Below, one piece after another: positions 25,933 to 36,610 of a stretch of 64,000 nt of DNA (position 1 is its first letter; each line of letters begins with the position of its first letter). The notes beneath the pieces were generated by a model. The model did no database searches. It was not told where the DNA came from and was given only the letters and a program-made list of their open reading frames with translations. This DNA is from Malacoraja senta (Eukaryota). Both the position numbers and the translations under genes were made by a program. The DNA lies in NCBI GenBank assembly GCA_038087875.1, contig CM075994.1:3536001-3600000 (forward strand), written 5' to 3'.

Positions 25933-27620
25933 TACACCACTACTGCTTTTCAAGTTTACTGTGTAGAAATTGGCTCGCCACTTCCTACAACACTCTTCAA
26001 ATTGCTTGCAGGGTATTTTGTGATACCTGAAGTCATGAGAAACATTATCTGAATGACAGTCCTTCTAAAATCAATAGCTCTATTCATGAATCAGGACCAT
26101 ACCAAGACCATCCTCAGGCAATGATCCCCAGGGTCTTTGGGGCAATTGTTTCCAAATGCATTAACTATTCCTTCTTGTGCCAAGGAACCCCAAAATTATT
26201 ACCATCCAAGGAATCAGAAATATCATCAACTTGAGCTTGGGGTTGAGCTCGGGTTAAGAAAGAATTGGATAGTACCTCTATTTGATCTTGAAGAGCTGTT
26301 AATAAGGGTGAAAACAATGCACACATGCAAGATTTTGTAACTCTAATCACAAAAGATAAATTCAAACACAAATAATGACGGAGATGGCGCTGACACAATA
26401 ATATAGGCAAATTACACACAGCTTACAAACAGAAAGTTATAATACAGGGGCAATAAAAGACCCTTATATTAGAATAAAAACAAAGACACAAACATAACAT
26501 GAAGCAGCAATTGAGATCAAGGACAATGCTCCAGTGTTACAAGAGGCAGAGAAACACAAGGATTTATAAATATAACAGATGTAATTCTTTCACAAAGGTT
26601 TTATTTTAAAATGTATGGTAATTGTTTTACTTTCAATTTTAGCTTCAACTAGGACATTGCAGATGAATTACAATTTGGCCCATGTGAGATACCGTTATCA
26701 GACTAAACTAGTTGTAAACAACATTCACCAAATTAAGAGTCTCACTAAAGGAGGTAATGTTGAGCCAGATTTGAGAAAATGAAAAACTTTGATTTCCAAG
26801 GGAATATACAATTACTGATACAGAGATAAATGGATATTGGTGTGTGCATGCATGTCCACAGATCTTTTAAGAACTGTAGGGCAGGGTAAATAACGGTGGT
26901 TAAAAGGGCGCACCAGATGCTTTCCTTTATTTAGCCATGCTATGAAATGCAGTGGCAGGAAGATTTGGTTTGAAATATGTACATCATTATTATACCACAG
27001 CTGAAAGAGTGCTGGACACAACATGATTAGATACAACTGTTTCAAGACTGTACAATGCAAATTTAAAAGAATGGAAAATCCTGAAAACAGCAGATACTGG
27101 AATTTTAAATGTAAACAGTGCTAGAAACAGTCAGTTGGCCTGACAGCAAAACGGATTTTTTTCATTTCAGAGACCCTTTATCAGAGTTTCTGACATTGGC
27201 TTTCCAAAATGAAGGCGTATCTCTTTCCACAAATGACCTACTGAGATTTACAAAGACTTTGCTTGCGCTGGATATTTTAGCTAAAAGAATTGTAACCCAA
27301 AACCCATTCCTTCTCTCTGGAGAGAGTCTGCCTGCCATGCTGATTTACTCCAGCATTTTGTGTCTATCTACAAATGGTATGTAGGATGTATTTTTTTTAT
27401 TGTTGGGACAGAGCAGAGTGAGTAGATATTGATTTTGGACACATAAAGTTATGTGGAATCTGGACAAAAGAAATAAGTAGAAACCATTACTCAAAATCCA
27501 TTTTGGGACACCGATTAAAAATCAGAAGAAATTGACAAGAGAAAAAAATATCTTCACCCAGATGTTAGTATGATCTGGAGCTCATTGTCCACAAAAGAAA
27601 CAGGGCACATTTAATTAGTA

Positions 27621-27820
27621 GGTAGACAAAAAATGCTGGAGAAACTCAGCGGGTGCAGCATCTATGGAGCGAAGGAAATAGGCAACGTTTCGGGCTGAAG
27701 AAGGGTTTTCGCCCGCAACGTTGCCTATGGAGCGAAGGAAATAGATGCTGCTGCACCCGCTGAGTTTCTCCAGCATTTTTGTTTACCTTCGATTTTCCAG
27801 CATCTGCAGTTCCTTCTTAA
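27621..27820. mobile_element. Palindromic non-autonomous Penelope-associated insertion with 14-bp TSD
   Basis: Inverted arms gtagacaaaaaatgctggagaaactcagcgggtgc and gcacccgctgagtttctccagcatttttgtttac. Flanked by acatttaattagta at 27607-27620 and 27821-27834. Confidence 0.8.
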
Positions 27821-28994
27821 ACATTTAATTAGTACATGGGTGTGCATTTTGGACACATTTGCAGAGTTGAAGCTGTTGGAAGATGGGGGAAAAGCTGCGG
27901 AGCAATTTTGTTTCTTGGTGCTGCCTTACATGCAGAGTTCTTCCGACAGCTTATTTTTTGGTGGACCTGGCAAAATTGCCGCAGGAATCCAGGGGACTCT
28001 TCTCATCCATTTTTTCTTGGTGATAACATGGTCATCTTGGATTTTAATCCCAAATTCTTCTCAGTACTAACAATATTTGTGGGACATCTTTCCTGGCTTT
28101 TATGGCTAACTTTTAAGGAAAAGAGCAAAAATGCAACAACAACAACAAAAAACGGACGCAACATGTGCCTCACTCTTCATGCATTTTGCAAGAGGGTACC
28201 ACAACTGATGCTAATTCTTCAATGATCGCAATCTGATTTCAAGAAGCCGTAACCATTATTCTGATGGCCATATATCTGATGTGGAACGAGCACTACAAAT
28301 GCCACAAAAATTAGTATGGGTTAGGCATCAACTAGAGAAATGCCTGTCAATTTCCACATCCGTGCATCAAAGTATCCTTTCTAAAGGGCCAGGTCAAACC
28401 CATTCATTTGGAATCATTGGTGGGCAGACATTTTATTCCTGCGCAAATTCACAACATTACTTACTCATATGAGCTCTTTGGCATTCATAATGACTTGAAA
28501 TGGGAAGTGCAGCACTCTTCACAGCACCATTTCCTATTCTGACAAACAAAAGCACATTCCAATCGCACTTGGGTACATGATGAAATTTTTTCATTCAGTA
28601 AACTAGAATAAAGAAGACATGGCTGACTCTCACATTCTAGTGACACAAGAGACCCCCATTCTTCTGGATCTTAGTTATTTCATTACGATGTAACTATTAC
28701 GTTTGCCACAAGCATCTTAAGGAGGCAGAACCTCTCCCAAGTGTCCATGGGCATGACCAGAACATAATTACAACCAGTTACCTAAACTTTACAAAATGTC
28801 TTTTCAAGTGTTCATATACATGATCCGTTAACAGAAAAATGATAAAGAAGAAACATCATAGGGAAGGTTAATGAAAATAATTCAATACAGATGCTCCCTG
28901 AATATTACTCAAGGGTTACGCCCCGCAGACCCTGTGCAAGTCAGATGTTACGTTAATTGGAAACACTGCGTTACTGTGCACATGTAAATATGCT

Positions 28995-31900
28995 ATCCGA
29001 CATGGGAGATCATGTGGGCGCCAATGGGCTTAAAGAATCTACCAACAGTCTGTCTCTTCTTTTTCTTCTTTGTTATTTTCAGTCTGCTGTTAAATGTATG
29101 TTTTAGTGTACCTTTAGTTTTGTATTATGTGGGGTTTGGAATAACTTTTGTTATCTCTTTCCTCGACCGAGACATTGTGGAGCTGACAGCCTCTTGCTGG
29201 GGATCGATCTCGGGAGCTCCAACCGTTTATTTTTTTTATTATACTTTTATTCAAAAAAGTTTTAAAAAATACAAATTAGCACAATCAAAGACTGCCTATG
29301 TTGACAGTTTTACAAACAAACGATCATCAAATTAACATAACGCCTACTTTATCAACAAAACACTCAAATCACCGTAGCGACCAGTGTTCACGGAAGGCTT
29401 CCAAAGTCCCCGTGGACACCGCGTGTTCCCTCTCCAAGGACACGCAGGCATGGGCGTAGGCCCGAAAATGGGGCAGGCAGTCAACCCTGGTGCGGCCGTC
29501 GACTACCCATCTTGGCGAGGCCCAGGAGCAGACGGACAGGGAGATCCCCCCCCCCCCTCCCTTCTCCCCTCTGTACCGGGGTCCCAAATATCAGGAGTGT
29601 GGGACTAAAATGCGGCCAAAACTTGAGGAACAGCCGCTTCAGTTAGTCGAACAGGGGCTGCAACGCCTCACACTGCATGTACAAATGGAACATGGTCTCT
29701 TCCTCGCCGCAGAAGTGACAGGCGGCTGGCAAGTCCGTGAACTGACTCAAGTATCTGTTACCCCAGGTCCCAGGTGTAAAGGGGGAGGGACTCCCTTATA
29801 GAGAGATCTCCACTGTGGACCACTCCCGCCGTCAGATGGTAACACAGACCGCCAGTGCATATCTGGACGGAAGAAAAGAGCGAGGAAGTGCAGAGTATAC
29901 AGGAGCAGCCTGTACAGTATGCGCCTCTCTGCGTCACGGAACGGCACGCTGGGCATCTCGGGACCCGGGCCGTAGGTCCTATGATCAATTCCGATGGAGC
30001 GGGGACAAGCTCGGCTCCAGGGTGGGCACAGGGTGAGGACCGTCCACCCTCGCAGCCACAACATCTCCCTCACTCTGTGGAGCAGCTCCCTGGCTGAAGG
30101 TGACCAGATTCCTGGCTTTAAGTATATCTCGATAAAAGCCAGGCATCTCCCACCTAGCGTGTCGACTGATGCCCGCAACTGGGAGCTGTGTGTCCTCCTG
30201 AAGGCAGCGACCCTGCCGGAAAAAGTACATCGCCAGCGCGTGCCATCTAGGACACTCGGAATATATACCTCTGCAGGGTTCTGAGGCGGAGAGCCACCAC
30301 CTGGGTACGCACGCAAACCAATGCCTGACCGCCCTCCTCCAACGGAAGACGCAGAACCCCCGCAGAGACCCAATGATTCTTCCCTCCCCAGAAGAAGTTC
30401 ACCAACCTCCTCTGGATCATGGTGACAAATAAAGAGGGTGGGACCAGAGTGGCCAGCCGGTACCACAACATAGAGGCCACCAGCTGGTTTATGACCAATG
30501 CTCTCCCCCGGTAAGAGAGCACACCAGGAAGGCCTGACCAACGCCCTAGCCGGGCAACGACTTTCGCCTCTAGCTCCTACCAGTTCGCCGGCCAAGCCCC
30601 CTCAGTGGGACACAGGTAGACCCCCAGGTAGAGGAGGTGCGTGGTGCTCCACGTATAAGATGTTATCTCCTCCGGCAGGGAGTCAACCTCCCACTGACCC
30701 ACCAAGAGACCAGAACACTTCCCCCAGTTGATCCTGGCGGAGGATGCAGCTGAGAAAACCTGCTGGCACTCTCGCATCCTCCGCAGGTCAACAGGGTCGG
30801 TGAACATCAAAAGGACATCATTGGTGTAGGTCAAAAGAACCACCTCCACCCCGGCCCAGGTAGAGACAGGCCTGTCAACCACCTACGGGGAGGCCACAGG
30901 AATGGCTCTACACAGACGGAATACAGCTGGCCGGACATGGGACATCCCTGACTACCCCCCTCCTAAAGTGAATGGGGGCCAACAAAGAGCCGTTGACCTT
31001 AACAAGGCACACCGCAGCAGCGTACTCGGGCCACGAAGTGCAGTCCAAACCCGAACGCCTGCAGAGTCCCAAGAAGGTAGTCATGATCCACCCTGTCAAA
31101 CACCTTCTCCTGGTCAAGGGAGAGAAAGGCGACTGATTGCCCAGCCCCCTGGGACAGATGGATCTGGTCCTGAATCAAATGGATATTGTCCTGGATGGAC
31201 CGGCCCGGCACTGTGTAGGACTGGTCCGGGTGGATCACTTGGGTCAGCACAGAGCCCAGGTGGTTCACCATTGCCTGGGCAAAGACTGTAATCTGTGCTG
31301 AGGAGAGAGACCGGGTGCCAGTTATTCAAAAGGCAGAGATCGCCCTTCTTCGGTAGCAGGACAACGACTGCCCTGCGCCACGAGAAGGGCATCACCTCGG
31401 TCGCCAGGCTCTCCTCCAGCACCTTCATATAGTCACCCCCAGGACATCCCAGAAGGCTCTAAGAGACTCCACCGTCAGCCCATCCAGTCCTGGAGTCTTG
31501 CCCCCCCCCCCCCCCCCCCTTCCGAGCTGATGCAGAGTAGCAGTCAGCTCCTCCAGAGTGAAGGGATCATCGAGGCGTTCAGCCACTTCTTTGCACACTA
31601 AGGGTAAGCCCTCCCACAGGACCCCCTGCGCATCCCCACTAGATGTACCCGCGGAGAATAGAATCCTGTAGAAAGACCGAACCGAGGCACAGATGCTCTC
31701 TGGATCTGTGACAGAGGAGCCATCATATGCAAGCAACTCAACGAGCTGCCTGCGGGCTCCTCGCCACTTCTCCAGAGAGAAGAAAAAGGGGGAGGCGCGG
31801 TCCAGATCATGCAACATCTGGACTCGCGACCTCACATATCGCCCCGGGACCTCCTAAGCTGCAAGTCCCTCAGTGCTCCCTTCTTGCCAATACGCAAGAA

Positions 31901-32512
31901 TGCCAATACGCGGACCATGCCCGTGTGCGCGCTGGGAAAAGTCCAGGCAGTGATCCGAGCACGGCACCGGACGCATGGAGGCCGGCGAGACACAAGACAT
32001 AGGCCTTGAAAACATACAAGTGGTCAATACGTAAACAACCACCCTCAAACCTGTACGAGAAGGCACTAGTCAGGATGGAAATTCTGCCACGCATCAACAA
32101 GCTTAAAAGAGACCAGCAGCTCTCTTAGTCTTGACTGCTGCCGGGTCACGGTGAACGCCAGAGCGATCTCTCGCCTCGAGGGAGCTCCAACCGTGGGAGC
32201 CTGCGGACTTAACATCGTGGAGCTCGCGGTCCCCGGTTAGGGATCGACTTCAGGAGTTCCAAGCCGCAGGAGCTTCGACCACCCCGACTGCAAATGGTTC
32301 GACTGCCCGGACCGCGGGAGAAAAGGAGGAAAGAAGATAAGACTTTATTGCCTTCCATCACACTGGGGAATGTGGTGGAGCCGCTGTGGTGGATGTTTAC
32401 GTTAATTTCATGTAGCTGTGTGTCTTGTTGCTTGTTTTTGGTATGACTATGGCAAAACAAAAATCTTTGTATGTTACAAAACATACTTGGCTAATAAATT
32501 AATTACAATTAC
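28995..32512 (+). mobile_element. Unclassified non-autonomous retroposon-like repeat (~28995-29225 plus 32180-32512), split by the Tx1 insertion
   Basis: The two CpG-rich halves join across the TSD. It ends in AATAAA followed by ttacaattac. The 5' boundary is uncertain. Confidence 0.5.
29226..32179 (-). mobile_element. Tx1/L1-clade non-LTR retrotransposon, 5'-truncated inside the APE endonuclease, frameshifted
   Basis: Fragments LVDAWQ, RIDHLYV, CSDH, KTPGLDGLTVE, WHPVSLLSTDY, LDQEKVFDRVDHDYL, RRGVRQGCPMSGQLY and LSYRGRALVINQLVASMLWY. PolyA at 29226. Flanked by 14-bp gggagctccaaccg at 29212-29225 and 32180-32193. Confidence 0.9.
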
Positions 32513-33002
32513 GACTGTGTCAGTGCAAGTTTATACAAGTCACCGATTACACACAATTATGCAAGTTGGAGAGTGCCTGTATTTAACTTGCCAATGAAAT
32601 GCCAGTAGAATGTAACCAGCAAACATGCATATATCCAACCAGGCAGCTGGGAGGGTACAAAGAGTATCTGGGCTAGCTGCAAAGATTTCACTGACACAAT
32701 TACTTCCATCTCAGCTGCATGAATACAACACATAACAATAACCCCTTAAGATGTTTAATAATCTTAAATTATGCTATTGGGTCGTTGATGCGGAAAGCTG
32801 TACAATTTTCTCAATTCAAGGACAGCCCTTAACTTGGATATATAGATATATATCTGGTGCCCAATGGACTCAAGGAAAAATAATAACACTCTAACTTGCT
32901 CTCAATATCCACATGCATTACAGTAACAAAATAACAAATTTGCAGCAGGTGCTGAGTTGGTATAACCCAGCAAGACAGTGGGGAAACTAAGCCAACTATT
33001 TG

Positions 33003-33186
33003 GCCAAATCACTGGATGTTTTCAAGAGTGTTAGATTTCACTCTCAGGACTAAACAAATCAAGTGATATGGGGAAAAAGCAGGAACGGGGTAGTGATTTT
33101 TGGATGATCAGCCATGATCATATTGAATCGGTGCTGGCTCGAAGGGCCGAATGGCCCACTCCCGCACCTATTTTTCTATGTTTCTA
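33003..33186 (+). mobile_element. CR1 3' end fragment
   Basis: gatatggggaaaaagcaggaacgggg...gatcagccatgatc...gctcgaagggccgaatgg...tttctatgtttcta. Confidence 0.88.
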
Positions 33187-33751
33187 AATAATAAACTATA
33201 CATATTTTCCCAGAGATACTATGTAGATTTATTGAAAGGCTCGGCAGTGCTAAATTGCTGTGACATTTCATGATCTGTGCCACTTTTAAACGACAAGCAG
33301 TAGCCTGTTTCCCACTGGACATCCTGACAAAGATGCTTTCTGACTTGGATTTTATTGAAACAAGGCAATGCAATGACGTAGATGCTACTGAAACAAGTAC
33401 CAGAGAGACTTAGTAACTTCAAAATATACCAACAGTCTGTAGATCAGATTTAAATTTATGTTCACCATGAAAGTATACCCACTTGATAGGAACCTAATTG
33501 AAAGCCCTCATACATCAATGAAAATTAGATTGTTGTTCAATGAGGAAGCAAAGAGACTGAGCATTAGTCAACACTTTAGATCACTGCAGTCCTTCAAGGG
33601 GACACTGCAGAGCTCAAAAGAACATGCCACAGATATTATGCAAGGTATTTGGACAGAATTAAGCAGCAGTGAAGAGTACATGCATATGCACCAAATTGGT
33701 ACATCACCATAAAACAAAGCATTTTGAATAAGCCTCTTCCAGGAATTTCAC

Positions 33752-34058
33752 CTTTGAATTCTGTGCCATCAAGTCCCCTGATGGCTTCCATGGCATCCTC
33801 ACTCCTCTCCAAATGCACAAAGGCATAATCCTTAACGATATCGCACTCCAGGACCGTCCCATACTCCTCAAATTTGGCCTGCAGTTCCTGGCTGGTGCAA
33901 CCACTGCTTAAGTTACCCACGTGAAGTTTGGTGGACGACTTGGACCCTCCCTTGCTGGCCTCGACATTGATGCAGACGCCATGCAGCTTATAGTGATGCA
34001 GATTCTCAATTGCCTCCTTTGCTGCCTCCCTGTCCTTCATGTGCACAAAGCCATAATT
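33752..34058 (-). CDS. RBM4: RBM4/Lark-like RNA-binding protein, internal coding exon (C-terminal part of RRM1 plus RRM2), copy 1
   Basis: Translates [36 protein letters not shown]...[62 protein letters not shown], closely matching vertebrate RBM4 as I recall it. Bounded by acceptor gtccttgtccttcaacAG and donor AAAG|GTGAAA. Length 307 nt (phase 0 in, phase 1 out). Confidence 0.93.
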
Positions 34059-34902
34059 CTGTTGAAGGACAAGGACATAGAGGTTACAAATCAAATTAAA
34101 TCTCTTCCTCCTATACACAAGCAATAGCACATGCATTTGCATTTTACATTCACATCTTGGGAAAACAACGACATTATGAGGCCAGGAAATCCTTACCAAG
34201 ATTCATAAAAAAATAGAAACATACAAATTGGATGCAGGTGTAGCCCATTCGGCCCTTCGAGCCAGCACCGCCATTCAAAACGATCATGGCTGATCATTCA
34301 TAATCAGTACCCTGTTCCTGCTTTCTCCCCATATCCCTTTATTTCTTTAGCCCCAAGAGCTATATCCAACTCTATCTTGAATACATCCAGTGAATAGGCC
34401 TCCACTGCCTTCTGTGGCAGAGAAATCCACAGATTCATAACTCTCTGGAAAAAGGTTCTCCCCCCTCAGTCCTAAATGGCCTATCCTTTATTCTTAAACT
34501 GTTACCCCCGATTCTGGACTCCCCAGAAGGAAAACATTTTTCCTGCAACTAGCTTGTCCAATACTTTAGGAATTTTATGTTTCTTTTAGATCCCCTCTCA
34601 ACCTTCTAAATTCCAGTGAACACAAACCCGGTCGACATACTCTTTCATCACATGTCAGTCTCGCCATCCCGGGAATTAACCTGGTGAACCTACGCTGCAC
34701 TCCCTCAATAGCAATAACAGGGCTCTCGCTTAACTTTTTTCCCTGTTGGCAGCCGGGCAACCTTGACAGCATTTTAGGTTGCCAAATGACAGTTTAGGTG
34801 GTCATTGAAGACGGTTTGCATGACGCGTGTGATAATGTGCTCGGACGAAGTGCGCAGTTACCAGTCGGAATTATGCTCAATGAAGCATTCAAATATGATG
34901 TT

Positions 34903-35115
34903 CAAGAAGGAACTGCAGATGCTGGAAAATCAAAGGTAGACAAAAATGCTGGAGAAACTCAGCAGGTGCAGCAGCATCTATGGAGCGAAGGAAATAGGCA
35001 ACGTTTCAGGCCGAAACCCATCAGTCTGAATAAGGGTTTTGGCCCAAACGTTGCTTTTTCCTTCGCTCCATAGATGCTGCCGCATCCGCCGAGTTTCTCC
35101 AGCACATTTGTCTAC
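34903..35115. mobile_element. Palindromic Penelope-associated repeat nested in the DNA transposon
   Basis: About 85-bp imperfect inverted arms: gtagacaaaaatgctggagaaactc...gaaaccc and gggttttggccc...gagtttctccagcacatttgtctac. Confidence 0.8.
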
Positions 35116-35759
35116 ATTCACATATTATTTCTGCTTAAAATAACTCACAAACTAAACATATTCACCAATCAAGACATGATATATACCACAATGACATGCA
35201 GCAAAATTATAATACAATATCTCAACTCTTTTTACACATTGCAATTGATGCAATTTCTATTAGTTCTTTCCAGTTCCAAACAAAAATGTGGTTGGATTAT
35301 TCAGCATATGATCAACCTGCGTCAATAAATCCTGGACCATGGTAACATATATGCTTAACCATACAGACTACAGATTGATGCAAGCATGTTTTCTGTGAAG
35401 GACCGAAAATTACCATGACATGGCCATAGCATGGGTCGTTATTGCTATTGGCACCGAAACACTCTGGCTTCCCACATAATTTTATCCATAACAAAATATA
35501 CAGGTTGCAAGGAAATTTCTAAAGGCATTTTATGATAATAACTGTTAAAACCGACTATACCCATCTGACAGGTTAAACATTACACTAATTGACAAGAGAT
35601 GGCCAAAGGACATAACTGCAGCAAATGTTCTTTTGGTAATATGTTTAAGGTGTCAAAACAAATAATAATATTGGGAATTAAAACACATTTGATTACATTC
35701 CATTATCAAACATAATCAATGTTTGCTCTGAAGACCATGAAGCACAATAGCGTCAGGGG

Positions 35760-36610
35760 GTGTGTGAATCAGTGCGGGGTGGATAGAGGGCGGGGGGGGG
35801 GGGGGTTGAGAAGGCAATCGGTGCGGAATGGATGGATTGAGGCAGGTGAATTAGTACGTGTTGGTTGGAGTATGTAAAATTGTGAGGGGAGAGCACGGGG
35901 GATGTCAGTGGTGTTGAATGGGGGGGGATCAGTATGGGATGGATGGGGGGGGGATCAGTATAGGATGAATGGGGGGTTCAGTACAGGATGAATGGGGGTA
36001 GACAGAAATGCTGGAGAAATTCAGCAGGTGAGGCAGCATCTATGGAGCTAAGGAAATAGGCAACATTTCAGGTCGAGACCCTTCTTCAGACTGTTCCCCC
36101 CATTCTCCTTGAATGGGGGGGTTCAGCACAGGATGAATGGGGGGGGTCAGGACAGTGTGGATCGGAGGGTCTATGCAGGATGAATGGGTGGTTCAGTACA
36201 GGATGAATGAGGGGATCAGTACAGGATGAATGGGGGGTTCAGTACAGGATGCATGAGGGGATCAGTACAGGATGAATGGGGGATCGGCAAAAGATGAATG
36301 GGGAGATCACTACAGGATGGATGGGGGGATTGGTGCAGGGTAAATGGAGGGTGGGTCAGTACGGGATGAATGGGATGATCAGTGCAGTATGGAATGGGGG
36401 GAGAAGTGCAGGATGGATGGGAAGGGGGTCAGTACAGGATGAATTGGGGGACCAGTGTAGGATGGATGGGGGGGGGGGGTGGCAGGACAATCAATGCGAG
36501 GTGGGTAGGGTGATGAATAGATTGGGGGGGTTAGATGGGAGGGGAGCAGAGGGGATGTCAGTGAGGACTGAATAGAGGAGGGAATGGGGATCAGTGCGGG
36601 ATGGATAGGG
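35760..36610 (+). repeat. G-rich minisatellite, unit ~GGATGAATGGGGGGATCAGTACA (21-23 bp)
   Basis: Many degenerate tandem copies, interrupted by a short repeat fragment at ~35998-36093. Confidence 0.9.

Noticed and set aside
29747..30595. 282-aa ORF as a novel gene
   Set aside because: It lies within the frameshifted Tx1 ORF2 and is a mix of in-frame and off-frame transposon sequence.
33636..34199. 187-aa ORF as a single-exon protein
   Set aside because: Only 33752-34058 resembles RBM4 and is bounded by splice sites; the flanks are intron read-through.
35760..36610. CRISPR-like or telomeric array
   Set aside because: The units are degenerate and adjacent with no unique spacers, there are no TTAGGG repeats, and the context is eukaryotic. 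It is a minisatellite.
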